Below, in pieces: positions 8,890-17,661 of a stretch of 64,000 nucleotides of DNA. Position numbers and translations under genes: made by a program. The notes under the pieces are model-generated. The model worked only from the letters and a program-made list of their open reading frames with translations, ran no database searches and had not been told where the DNA came from. Numbering within the stretch: position 1 is the stretch's first letter; every line of letters starts with the position of its first letter. This DNA is from Hydrogenophaga intermedia (GTDB lineage: Bacteria > Pseudomonadota > Gammaproteobacteria > Ga0077536): assembly GCA_943370145.1 (NCBI GenBank), contig CALRPY020000002.1, positions 89,766-153,765 of the forward strand. Reading direction: 5' to 3'.

Positions 8890-10995
8890 TCAACGCCGGG
8901 CGACGACCAGCACCGTCATGTCGTCGGTCTGCTCGGTGCTGCCGGCATGCATGCGCACCGCGTCGCCGATCGCGTCCGCGACGGCTTGCGCGTCCGTGCC
9001 TGACGGCAGGCCGTCCACGCAGGCGAGCAGTCGCTCCCTGCCGAACATCGCGTCATCCGCCGCACGGGCATCGGTGATGCCGTCGGTGTAGACGCACAGC
9101 GCCTCGCCATGCCCGAGTTGCAGCGGCAGCGAGTCGTAGCGGAAGCCGTCGACGGTGCACAGCGGTGGTCCCCCCGCACCCGGTCCCGCGTGCACGCGTC
9201 CCGCGCTTATCCGCAGCGGGGCCTCGTGCCCGGCGTTCGCATACAGCAGCGCGCCGCTGTCGAGATCGAGGCAGCCGGCGAACACGGTCACGAACAGGAG
9301 TTCCGGATTGTCCTGCGCGATGGCGTCGTTCGCTGCGGTCAGCGCAGCGCCCGGGTCGCCCCCCGCGCGCAGGGCCGCGCTCTTGATCAGGGCTTTCGCC
9401 AGCGCCATCAGGAGCGCACTGGGAAGTCCCTTGCCCGACACGTCGCCGACGAGGAAGAACAGGCGGCGCCCGCCGACGAAGAAGAAATCATAGAGATCGC
9501 CGCCGACCGTGCGGGCCGGTTCGCTGAAGGCGGCGAGATCGAGGCCCGGCACCCCGGCGAGCGACCCGGCGCGCGGCAGCATGCCGATCTGGATGCGGCG
9601 GGCGGTGTCGAGTTCGCCCTGCATGCGCTGCTGCACATCCCGGCTCGCGCCGAGCTGTGCGCGGAGCAGCCGGCGCTGTTGCTGGACCTCCGCCAGCGAG
9701 CCTCCCAGCACGCCGATCAGCACGAGGCCGACGCCGGCGAGCGGGTTCACCGCGTCGACCAGCACGTCCTGGTTGGCGAACAGGCCCAGCGCCGTGGCGA
9801 CGAAGGCCATCGCCCCGAGCGCGACCAGGGCGAGCGTGCGGGCCGGTCCCAGCGCGGGCGCGCCGAGCACCGCCACGAGCGACAGCAGCGTCATCGCCGC
9901 GAATTCGACCCAGCGCGTCCACGTCGGCCGCGACAGCAGGCGTCCGGCGAGCGCGTTCTCGATCGCCTCCGCGTGCAGCGCGACACCTGGCATGCGGCCG
10001 ACCGGGGTCGTGACGATGTCCTGCAGCCCGAGCGCCGTGTAGCCGATCAGCACGATGCGGCCCTCGACCAGGTCCGGGTCGTAGGCCCCGGCCAGGACGT
10101 CGGCCGCCGAGAGCGTCGGCCGCGCCGCCCACGCCGAGAAATGCAGCCACCAGTCGCCGTTCGCTTCAACCGGGATTTCGATGTCGGCGATCCCGATCCG
10201 CCGCACACCTTCACGCCCGGTCTCGACCGCGATGGCGCCGCCGGCCACGACCCGCAGCGTCTCGACCGCGAGGCCGGGCAGCAGCGTGCCCGCGCCGATG
10301 GCGGCAAGCGCCGGGACCCGCCGATGCACGCCGCGCTCCGGTTCGCTGTTCAACAAGGCCTGGCCGCGCGCCGCGCCCGCAATGACGGGCAGGCTCTGCA
10401 GCAGCGTGGGGTAGCGCCGGACGAATCGCGCCGGGTCCTCGCCGAAGGTGCGAAGGGTCGCAGCCGGCACCGTGCCGCGCGGGACGCCGGCCTCGTCCGG
10501 CACGCCGGCGACGCCCAGGATCACCGGCGACCCGCGGATTGCGGAAGCAAGCCGCCGATCGCTGTCCGGCAGGTGCCGTTCCAGCGGGCCGACCGCGGCC
10601 GGCGGCAGGGCGAGCTGCCTGACGATTTCGGTCGGCGCGAAGCGGTCCGGCTCGACGAACAGGGCGTCGATCGCGATGGCCGCCGGTGCGCCGACGATCA
10701 GGCGTTCGATCAGTTGCGCGAGCCGCGCCCGCGGCCAGGGCCACTGGCCGATCTCGCGCAGGCTGCGCTCGTCGATCGCGACGATGACGACCGGGTCGCC
10801 GGTCCGTTTGCGCGGGAACGCCCGCTGGTAGGCGTCGAAGACCTCGCCGCGCAGCACCTGCTCGAACGGCAGGTCCAGCACCAGCAGCAGCACGCAGTTC
10901 AGCGCGATCAGCAGCAGGCCCAGCCGGCGCGCGAAGTGCGGCGCGGGGCGGGTGTGGGCGCGCCGCTCCGGCGTGGGCGCCGTGCCTGTGGTCAT
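8890..10995 (-). CDS. CHASE2 sensor domain / PP2C (SpoIIE-type) serine phosphatase fusion
   Basis: The N-terminus after one TM reads VVIVAIDERSLREIGQWPWPR (CHASE2-like). A multi-TM block follows. The C-terminus reads ARRIQIGMLP..VGGDLYDFF..FLVGDVSGKGLPSALLMA..ANAGHEAPL..YTDGITDA..TDDMTVLVV (SpoIIE/PP2C). Confidence 0.85.
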   Translation of the reverse strand: MTTGTAPTPERRAHTRPAPHFARRLGLLLIALNCVLLLVLDLPFEQVLRGEVFDAYQRAFPRKRTGDPVVIVAIDERSLREIGQWPWPRARLAQLIERLIVGAPAAIAIDALFVEPDRFAPTEIVRQLALPPAAVGPLERHLPDSDRRLASAIRGSPVILGVAGVPDEAGVPRGTVPAATLRTFGEDPARFVRRYPTLLQSLPVIAGAARGQALLNSEPERGVHRRVPALAAIGAGTLLPGLAVETLRVVAGGAIAVETGREGVRRIGIADIEIPVEANGDWWLHFSAWAARPTLSAADVLAGAYDPDLVEGRIVLIGYTALGLQDIVTTPVGRMPGVALHAEAIENALAGRLLSRPTWTRWVEFAAMTLLSLVAVLGAPALGPARTLALVALGAMAFVATALGLFANQDVLVDAVNPLAGVGLVLIGVLGGSLAEVQQQRRLLRAQLGASRDVQQRMQGELDTARRIQIGMLPRAGSLAGVPGLDLAAFSEPARTVGGDLYDFFFVGGRRLFFLVGDVSGKGLPSALLMALAKALIKSAALRAGGDPGAALTAANDAIAQDNPELLFVTVFAGCLDLDSGALLYANAGHEAPLRISAGRVHAGPGAGGPPLCTVDGFRYDSLPLQLGHGEALCVYTDGITDARAADDAMFGRERLLACVDGLPSGTDAQAVADAIGDAVRMHAGSTEQTDDMTVLVVARR

Positions 10996-11044
10996 GGGGC
11001 TGTCCTGCGCGTCATCGTGCGGTGCCGCCGCGACGCGCCGCTGG

Positions 11045-12028
11045 CTACAGTTCTACCTCGAGGCCGTCGTAGGCGGAGAACACGTCGAGCGGGGTGCCGC
11101 CGACGCGGGTGATTTCCTCGAAGCGGCGCGTCTCGGCTTCGATGGTGGCGATGCGCGCGTCGTCGTGGATAGGTTCGTGGTGGAAGAGGGCGAGGCGCTT
11201 CGCGTTCGCGAGCTGGCAGAGCTCGACGCCGACGACATTGCTGGAATGCCCCCAGTCCTCCTTGACCGAAATCGCGTCCGCAAAGGAGTACATCGCGTCG
11301 AAGGCGACCAGATCGGCGTCGCAGAAGAAGTCGACGAAGCCCTCCGTCACGTCGGGGTCGTCGAGCTTGTGCTCGGAGTCCGTCGAGTAGACGAACACCT
11401 TCCCGTTGCGCTCGAAGCGGTAACCGTAGGACTCCCCGGCGTGGATCTGCAGCTTCGGCAGCACGCTGAGGCCGGCGATTTCCACCTGCTCGCCCGGGTT
11501 CAGCGGGACGAACTCGATGCGCGCGGCAAGTTGCGAGAAGTCGACCGGAAAGCACGGCGCGCCGTGCTGGGCGCGAAAGGCCTCCGCGAGATTGCGATGG
11601 CAGCCGTAGATGCGGATCACGTTGCCCGGAATATAGGCTGGCGTGAACAGCGGGAAGCCCATGATGTGGTCCCAGTGCACGTGGGACATGAATACATGAA
11701 AGGTATTCGGCGTCGCCGCCCCGTGGTGGGCCAGCACCTTGCCGCCGAAGGGACGTGCACCCGAGCCGAGATCGCAGAGCACGTAATCGTGCGGGCCCGC
11801 GCCGGGAGGCGCGAGTTCGATCTCGACGCAGCTCGAGTGGCCGCCGAAGGTGCCTGCCACGTGGAACGGCAGGCCGGCGGCATAGGCACTGGCCTGTTCG
11901 AGGTTCGCGAAACGCCGGCCTGACGCGGCGAGCAGGGCCTGTGCGACCTTCGCCTGCACCTGCGGCGCGGTCAGCGCGATCGGCAGCGAACCCCGCGTTC
12001 CCCAGAAGCGGATCAGCATCTCGCTCAT
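11045..12028 (-). CDS. MBL-fold metallo-hydrolase
   Basis: LIRFWGTRGS.., the HxHxDH motif as FMSHVHWDHIMGFP, and a late ..LALFHHEP. Has a 4-nt overlap with the STAS gene. Confidence 0.8.
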   Translation of the reverse strand: MSEMLIRFWGTRGSLPIALTAPQVQAKVAQALLAASGRRFANLEQASAYAAGLPFHVAGTFGGHSSCVEIELAPPGAGPHDYVLCDLGSGARPFGGKVLAHHGAATPNTFHVFMSHVHWDHIMGFPLFTPAYIPGNVIRIYGCHRNLAEAFRAQHGAPCFPVDFSQLAARIEFVPLNPGEQVEIAGLSVLPKLQIHAGESYGYRFERNGKVFVYSTDSEHKLDDPDVTEGFVDFFCDADLVAFDAMYSFADAISVKEDWGHSSNVVGVELCQLANAKRLALFHHEPIHDDARIATIEAETRRFEEITRVGGTPLDVFSAYDGLEVEL

Positions 12029-12405
12029 GGCGTGGCGGACAGCGCCCGCAGCCCCTCATCGACCGACGAGTGGATCGGGAACACGAGATTGAACCGGGAT
12101 ATTTCAAGCACTTCGGCGACCAGCGCCTGTGGCGCGGCGACCGCCACCCTGCCGCCACGCGGCTTCGCCTGCTTGGCCGCGAGCATCAGCACGCGCAGGC
12201 CCGAACTCGATATGTATTCGACGCCGGAGAGATCGAACAGCAACGCGAGGCCACCGTTTTCGCACCGGGCGAGGTGGGGTTCGACCGCGGCGAGGAATTC
12301 GTCGGCATTGAGATGATCCACCCGCCCGGCAGGTCCCAGCACGATCACGTCGCCTTGTCGACGCGGACGAAGGTCCATGGGCGGCTCGCTCGATTGCGAA
12401 ATCAT
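12025..12405 (-). CDS. STAS-domain anti-sigma-factor antagonist (RsbV/SpoIIAA-like)
   Basis: VIVLGPAGRVDHLNADEF..LLFDLSGVEYISSSGLRVLMLAAKQ..EISRFNLVFPI. Start is ATG 12405, or 12378. Confidence 0.8.
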   Translation of the reverse strand: MISQSSEPPMDLRPRRQGDVIVLGPAGRVDHLNADEFLAAVEPHLARCENGGLALLFDLSGVEYISSSGLRVLMLAAKQAKPRGGRVAVAAPQALVAEVLEISRFNLVFPIHSSVDEGLRALSATP

Positions 12406-12524
12406 TGTCGTGCCGGGGATTCTAGGGTGCGGCGTGGGGGCGGGCAATCGTCCCGACGGCGGCAGCGGGCGCGGGGCCCACATCCCGGATTGCGGGCCGT
12501 CGTGCCGACGGCCCGCTTACCGGA

Positions 12525-14240
12525 TCAGGCGTTGGCCCACCAGCGTTCGACGGCCTGGTTGACCTCGTGGGCGTGGAAGCGGGCCACCTGGTTGGTCGGC
12601 TCCAGCGCTTCCTCGTAGAAGAAGTCCGGCAGTTCGTCGTCCTCCTCGGTGAAGCCCGCCGCGAGGTTGAAGTCGCGCTCGTAACGCAGCGTCTCGCGGC
12701 CGAGGGTGTCGAAGAAGCTGTCCGGCAGTTCGGTGCCCAGCGCCGCGTTGATCGACTCGACGACCATCGGGATGTTCATGTTGGTCGTCGAGCGCCCGAA
12801 CAGGCACAGGCCCAGCGAGTCGGCCGCGGCGCACAGGATCTGGGTGTCCATGCTGACCTTGACCAGTTCGTCGAGCGGCTTGCCGGCGCACTCGTATTTC
12901 GGCGCGTTGCCGGTGGTGTGGTCGGCGCCCTGCGCGGTCACCATCATCGAGATGCCGGTGACCTCGATCACGCGCGGGTCGTAGGCGCTGATCGCCTGTT
13001 TCTTGATGCACGGCGTGCGATGCACCCCGTAGTGGGCGCCGACGCGTGCCGTGCCCTGCGCCCAGCGGCGGCCGTCTTCAGTGCCGACGCGCATCTCCGC
13101 CATCACCTTGTGCATGAAAGCGACGTCGCCGAAGGGCGCAAGGCCCGCGTCCATCAGCACGGCGATCATCGCCCCGGTCTCGATCGTGTCGATGCCGAGG
13201 TCGTTGGCCTCGAAGTTCAGGCGCGCGAGGTCATCCGGATCGCTGAGGCCGCAGTTGGTGCCGAGCAGGCCCAGCGTCTCGTACTCGACAGGCGAGGAAA
13301 TCTCCTTGCCGTCCGCGTCGGCATAGACGTTGCTGCATTCGATCATGCAGCCCGGCATGCAGGCGTGCGAGGTCTCGCCGCCGCGCTCGAGATTCTGCTG
13401 GCGGATGAATTCGCCGCCCATCTTCAGCACGCCGTTGACCGGGTCGACCTGGCGGCCGGACGTGAAGTTGTTGGTGGGCAGGCCGCCGATGCGATTCGTG
13501 TAGTCGGCCATGATCGCCGTGCCGTAGTCGCGGTAGACGTCGATCGCGGGGTCGGCCTTCAGCAGCGCGCCGTACTGCTTCACGCCCTGCAGCACCTTCT
13601 TGCGGTCCTGGAAGGGCGGCAGCTTGTCCATGTCGCAGACGATCGCCTTGACCTTCTTGCTACCCATGACGGCGCCGACGGCGCCGCGCGCGGCGAGCCG
13701 GGACGGGCGCGCATCGGTGTCGCTGAAGGAAATGCCGGCGAGGTAACCCTGGTATTCCCCGACCGGGCCGCAGATCGCGAGGCTGACCTTCTTGCCGTAT
13801 TTCTCGTGGAGTTTCGCCGCCGTCTCGAACGTGCCCTGGCCGAGGTACTCGGCGCCGGGCTCGAAGACGATCGTGCCGTCCTTGCGCATGTGGATGACGA
13901 CCCAGTCGTTCGACGCACCATACAGCGTGAAGCCGGCGATCTGCAGGTGGCCCATCGCGAGCCCGAAGGAGCCCCCGGTGTTCGCTTCCTTGATGCCGCC
14001 CGTCAGCGGGCTCTTGCAACCAACGCTCGTGCGGTTCGCGTTCGACCAGTTGCTGCCGGCGAAGGGGCCGGCCGAGAAAATCAGCGGATTTTCCGGCGAC
14101 AGCGGGTCGACCTTCGCGGCGCCGAGCTCGAACAGCGTCCTGGCGATGAAGTAGCGGCCGGCCTTCGCGATCTGTTCGCCAGTGAAGGTTTCTTCGCGCA
14201 CGGTGTGCTGCGTGACGTCGATGTGAAGGTATTTGCGCAT
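12525..14240 (-). CDS. aldehyde:ferredoxin oxidoreductase (AOR) family tungsto/molybdopterin enzyme
   Basis: MRKYLHIDVT..GRYFIARTL..ENPLIFSAGPFAGS..NRTSVGCKSPLTGGIKEANTGGSFG.. and the Cys-rich ..HACMPGCMIEC.. are typical of the AOR N-terminal and cluster regions. Start trimmed from 14453 to ATG 14240. Confidence 0.85.
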   Translation of the reverse strand: MRKYLHIDVTQHTVREETFTGEQIAKAGRYFIARTLFELGAAKVDPLSPENPLIFSAGPFAGSNWSNANRTSVGCKSPLTGGIKEANTGGSFGLAMGHLQIAGFTLYGASNDWVVIHMRKDGTIVFEPGAEYLGQGTFETAAKLHEKYGKKVSLAICGPVGEYQGYLAGISFSDTDARPSRLAARGAVGAVMGSKKVKAIVCDMDKLPPFQDRKKVLQGVKQYGALLKADPAIDVYRDYGTAIMADYTNRIGGLPTNNFTSGRQVDPVNGVLKMGGEFIRQQNLERGGETSHACMPGCMIECSNVYADADGKEISSPVEYETLGLLGTNCGLSDPDDLARLNFEANDLGIDTIETGAMIAVLMDAGLAPFGDVAFMHKVMAEMRVGTEDGRRWAQGTARVGAHYGVHRTPCIKKQAISAYDPRVIEVTGISMMVTAQGADHTTGNAPKYECAGKPLDELVKVSMDTQILCAAADSLGLCLFGRSTTNMNIPMVVESINAALGTELPDSFFDTLGRETLRYERDFNLAAGFTEEDDELPDFFYEEALEPTNQVARFHAHEVNQAVERWWANA

Positions 14241-14609
14241 GCGTGTTGGCCTCGTCGAAAGCTGCGTGGAAGCCGGTGACCGGACGGGACTGAGCCCGCG
14301 CGGTCCGCGCCGGCGCTGTCGTGCGCCCGGCGGCGTATCCGGACTTCCGGATCTGGATTGATGTCTTCGGCCGCCGGCGACGCCGCCGGCGGGCACCTTC
14401 CTCGTTGACCGAGTCCGCCGCCCGTCACTGCAAGCCCATGAATAACCTTGCAATGACGCGGAAGATACGGTGCCGAATGGGGCGATTGTAACCCGCTGGC
14501 AGCAAGTTCCCAGCAGTAAATGGAATGAAGATCGAGGAAATTTTCCAACGGTCAGGGTCGGCGCCTGGCTGACCTTTATTCAACCGGGGACCGCGCCTGC
14601 GGGTCGGTT

Positions 14610-14685
14610 TGGTACTCCGTAGGGGAGTCGAACCCCTGTTCTCGCCGTGAGAGGGCGATGTCCTGGGCCACTAGACGAACGGAGC
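14610..14685 (-). tRNA. tRNA-Glu (anticodon CUC), CCA encoded
   Basis: The reverse complement GCTCCGTTCGTCTAGTGGCCCAGGACATCGCCCTCTCACGGCGAGAACAGGGGTTCGACTCCCCTACGGAGTACCA aligns with E. coli tRNA-Glu. The anticodon loop is CU-CUC-AC and the acceptor stem has 7 bp (G1-U72). Confidence 0.9.
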
Positions 14686-14957
14686 GTGGCGGCAAGGCGC
14701 GCAGTATACAAGCGGACAGCGCCAAAGGCAGCCATCATTTTCACTGCGGACAAGCAAAGCATCCCGTGATCGGATTAAGATGCACGCGCGCCGCACGGCA
14801 TGCGGGCCGTACGGCCCTGCGGCCCGTTTCCGGGCCCCGGTGCCGCGTCTTTGCCGTGCGCGCCAGCCGCGACGGCTACTCCGGATCCGGTCACGTCGTC
14901 GCGCTTCCGGGCGCGTCAGGCCGGCACCCCGTTTGGCGAGAGGAATCATCCGCTTTG

Positions 14958-16310
14958 ATGGAAAGACCCGAACACTCAGGCAACGTGGTGCCGCTGCGGC
15001 CACAACCGCGCATCTACGCCCGCGACGAACACTCGATCTCCCGCAAGTTCATCTCCGACAGCGCCCTCAAGGTGCTCTACCGCCTCGACAAGGCCGGCTT
15101 CCAGGCCTTCCTCGTCGGCGGCAGCGTGCGTGACCTGCTGCTCGGCCGGGAGCCCAAGGATTTCGACATCGCGACGAACGCGCTGCCCGAGCAGGTGCGC
15201 GAACTGTTCCGCAACTGCCGGCTGATCGGCCGGCGCTTCCGCCTCGCCCACGTGCAGTTCGGCCGCGAGATCATCGAGGTCGCGACCTTCCGGGCCCAGC
15301 ACGACGGCGACGCCGAGGGCGCCGCGACAAACGACGATGGGCGAATCCTGCGCGACAACGTCTACGGCGAGATCGACGAGGACGTCTGGCGCCGCGATTT
15401 CACGGTCAACGCGCTCTACTACAACATCGCCGACTTCTCGATCGTCGACTACGTCGGCGGGGTGGAGGACCTGCGCGCGGGCCGGCTGCGGCTGATCGGC
15501 GACCCGGACGTCCGCTACCGCGAGGACCCGGTGCGGATGCTGCGCGCGGTTCGCTTCGCGACCAAGCTCGGCTTCATGCTCGACCGGGCGACGCTCGAGA
15601 CCATCCCGCGCCTGCGCCACCTGCTCGAGGACATCGCCCCGGCCCGCCTGTTCGACGAGATGCTCAAGCTCTTCCAGGGCGGGGTCGGCCACCAGACCTT
15701 CGAGGCCCTGCGCCATCATGGCCTGTTCCACTGCCTGTTCCCGTTGACCGACGAGCACCTCGACGGGACGGACGGCGAGTTCGCGCAGCGCCTGATTGCC
15801 GCCGCGCTCGACAGCACCGACCGGCGCGTCGCCGAGGACAAGCCGATCACGCCGGCCTTCCTGCTCGCGGCGCTGCTGTGGCACGTGGTCGAGGACGAGG
15901 CGGAGGACCTCATCGCCGATGGCGTCACGCCGCACGATGCGTTGAACCTCGCCGCCGACACCATCATTTCGAAGCAGATTGCGCGCATGGCGATGCCGCG
16001 CCGCTTCACGAACGTCACCCGTGAAATCTGGGCGCTGCAGTCGCGGCTGGAGAAGCCGACGCCCAAGCGCGTCACGCGCGCGCTGGAGCATCCGCGTTTC
16101 CGTGCGGCTTACGATTTCCTGCTGCTGCGCGCCGAGGCCGGCGATCCGGTCAGGGAGGATGCCGAATTCTGGACGTCGTTCCTCGCCGCCGAGGACGGCG
16201 CGCGCGACGCGCTGCTGCAGGAGCTCGGCACCCACGCTCCCGAGAGCAGCAGGCCGGCCGGCGCGAAGCGTCGCCGCCGCCGTCGCCGCCGGCCGCCCGC
16301 GGCGGAGTGA
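14958..16310 (+). CDS. pcnB: poly(A) polymerase I
   Basis: ..ALKVLYRLDKAGFQAFLVGGSVRDLLLGREPKDFDIATNA..CRLIGRRFRLAHV..; followed by folK as in enterics and pseudomonads. Start trimmed to ATG 14958. Confidence 0.92.
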   Translation: MERPEHSGNVVPLRPQPRIYARDEHSISRKFISDSALKVLYRLDKAGFQAFLVGGSVRDLLLGREPKDFDIATNALPEQVRELFRNCRLIGRRFRLAHVQFGREIIEVATFRAQHDGDAEGAATNDDGRILRDNVYGEIDEDVWRRDFTVNALYYNIADFSIVDYVGGVEDLRAGRLRLIGDPDVRYREDPVRMLRAVRFATKLGFMLDRATLETIPRLRHLLEDIAPARLFDEMLKLFQGGVGHQTFEALRHHGLFHCLFPLTDEHLDGTDGEFAQRLIAAALDSTDRRVAEDKPITPAFLLAALLWHVVEDEAEDLIADGVTPHDALNLAADTIISKQIARMAMPRRFTNVTREIWALQSRLEKPTPKRVTRALEHPRFRAAYDFLLLRAEAGDPVREDAEFWTSFLAAEDGARDALLQELGTHAPESSRPAGAKRRRRRRRRPPAAE

Positions 16311-16807
16311 GCGTGGCGGGCGAGGGGCCGGTGACGGCCTACATCGGCGTCGGGTCCAACCTCGACGATCCGCGCCGGCAGGTGGCGACGGCGCTCGTCG
16401 AACTCGGCGGGCTGCCCGCGACCCGCGTCATCCACCAATCCGCGCTGTATCGCACGCCGCCGATGGGGCCGCAGGACCAGCCTGACTACATCAACGCCGT
16501 CGTCGAACTCGAGACCGGCCTCGCGCCGCTGGCGCTGCTCGACGAACTGCAGCGGCTGGAAAACCTGCATCGCCGGGTCCGCGGCAGCGAACGCTGGGGG
16601 CCGCGCACGTTGGACCTGGACATCCTGCTGTACGGTGAACTGCGCCTTGACGAGGCCCGCCTGACGGTGCCGCACCCGGGCGTCGCGCAGCGCGCCTTCG
16701 TGCTCGTGCCCCTCGCCGAGATTGCGCCAGCCCTCACGATACCGGGCCTCGGCCCCGTGCGCCGGCTGTGCGAGGCGGTGGACCCAACCGGCATGGAAAG
16801 ACTGTGA
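16307..16807 (+). CDS. folK: 2-amino-4-hydroxy-6-hydroxymethyldihydropteridine pyrophosphokinase
   Basis: AYIGVGSNL..Q..YRTPPMGPQDQPDYINAVVELET..RWGPRTLDLDILLYG..LTVPHP. Confidence 0.92.
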   Translation: MSVAGEGPVTAYIGVGSNLDDPRRQVATALVELGGLPATRVIHQSALYRTPPMGPQDQPDYINAVVELETGLAPLALLDELQRLENLHRRVRGSERWGPRTLDLDILLYGELRLDEARLTVPHPGVAQRAFVLVPLAEIAPALTIPGLGPVRRLCEAVDPTGMERL

Positions 16808-17475
16808 GCCCAGATACAGCAACCGAGCGCGCCGCGCCCGACAACACCCGTTTCATCGCGATCGAGGGCCCGATCGGTGTCGGCAAGACCAGCCTCGCCC
16901 GTCGCCTTGCCGCGACCTGGCAGACCGAACTGCTCCTCGAGGGCGCGGCCGAGAACCCGTTCCTGCCGAAGTTCTACGAGGACCCGCGGCGCTACGCGCT
17001 GGCCACGCAACTCCATTTCCTGTTCCAGCGCACCCGGGATCTGCAGGCCCGCAACCAGGCGGATCTGTTCGCGCCGCGCCTGACCGCCGACTTCCTGTTC
17101 GAGAAGGACCGCCTGTTCGCGAAGGTCGCGCTCGACGACGACGAGTACCAGCTCTACCAGGAGATCTACCAGCGCGTGGTGGAGACCCTGCCGAGCCCGA
17201 CGCTCGTGATCTACCTGCAGGCCTCGGTGCCGACGCTGCTCAAGCGCGTGGCCCGGCGGGGCATCGACTACGAGCAGCGTATCGAGGGCGAATACCTCGC
17301 GCGGCTCTGCTCGGAATACGTGGAGTTCTTCCACCGCTACGACGACGCGCCGCTGCTGATCGTCAACGCGGAGGAGATCAACCTCGTCGACAACGACGCC
17401 CACTTCAACATGCTGCTCGAGGAAATCGAGCGCGGTGTCGTCGGCCGGCGCTACTTCAATCCGGGCGTGGGCTGA
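16804..17475 (+). CDS. deoxynucleoside kinase family protein
   Basis: FIAIEGPIGVGKTSLARRL..ENPFLPKFYEDPRRYALATQLHFL. The GTG start overlaps the folK stop. Confidence 0.8.
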   Translation: MSPDTATERAAPDNTRFIAIEGPIGVGKTSLARRLAATWQTELLLEGAAENPFLPKFYEDPRRYALATQLHFLFQRTRDLQARNQADLFAPRLTADFLFEKDRLFAKVALDDDEYQLYQEIYQRVVETLPSPTLVIYLQASVPTLLKRVARRGIDYEQRIEGEYLARLCSEYVEFFHRYDDAPLLIVNAEEINLVDNDAHFNMLLEEIERGVVGRRYFNPGVG

Positions 17476-17661
17476 ATTGCCGCGCTCGAGCGGGTCGACG
17501 CGGGTGTGTCCGGCACTGGCGCCGAGGGTGGCTCGAGCCCGAGTGGTCGATGTGGGCGCCCAGGCATCGGACCCGCCCGCCGTGAGCGGTCCGCCCTGCC
17601 GACAGTCGACCTGGCCTGGGTTAGACTGGCGCCGTCATCGAGCGAACGCGAAACCCCATTC

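Noticed and set aside
14460-14520. Possible sigma-54 (TGGGAAC..TTGC) or sigma-70 (TACAAT) promoter elements upstream of the AOR gene
   Set aside because: The GG-to-GC spacing is about 6 nt rather than 10. The TACAAT has no acceptable -35 at 16-18 nt. This is too weak to report as a feature.
14081-14548. 155-aa minus-strand ORF overlapping the AOR start and leader
   Set aside because: It is out of frame with the AOR N-terminus, has Arg/Pro/Ser-rich composition and has no RBS. It was treated as non-coding leader.
14610-14685. tRNA-Glu as the attachment site of a genomic island (AOR + signalling cluster downstream of its 3' end)
   Set aside because: No integrase, no recognisable direct repeat of the tRNA 3' end and no mobility genes appear anywhere in 7.3-14.6 kb. 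The idea cannot be supported from this window.
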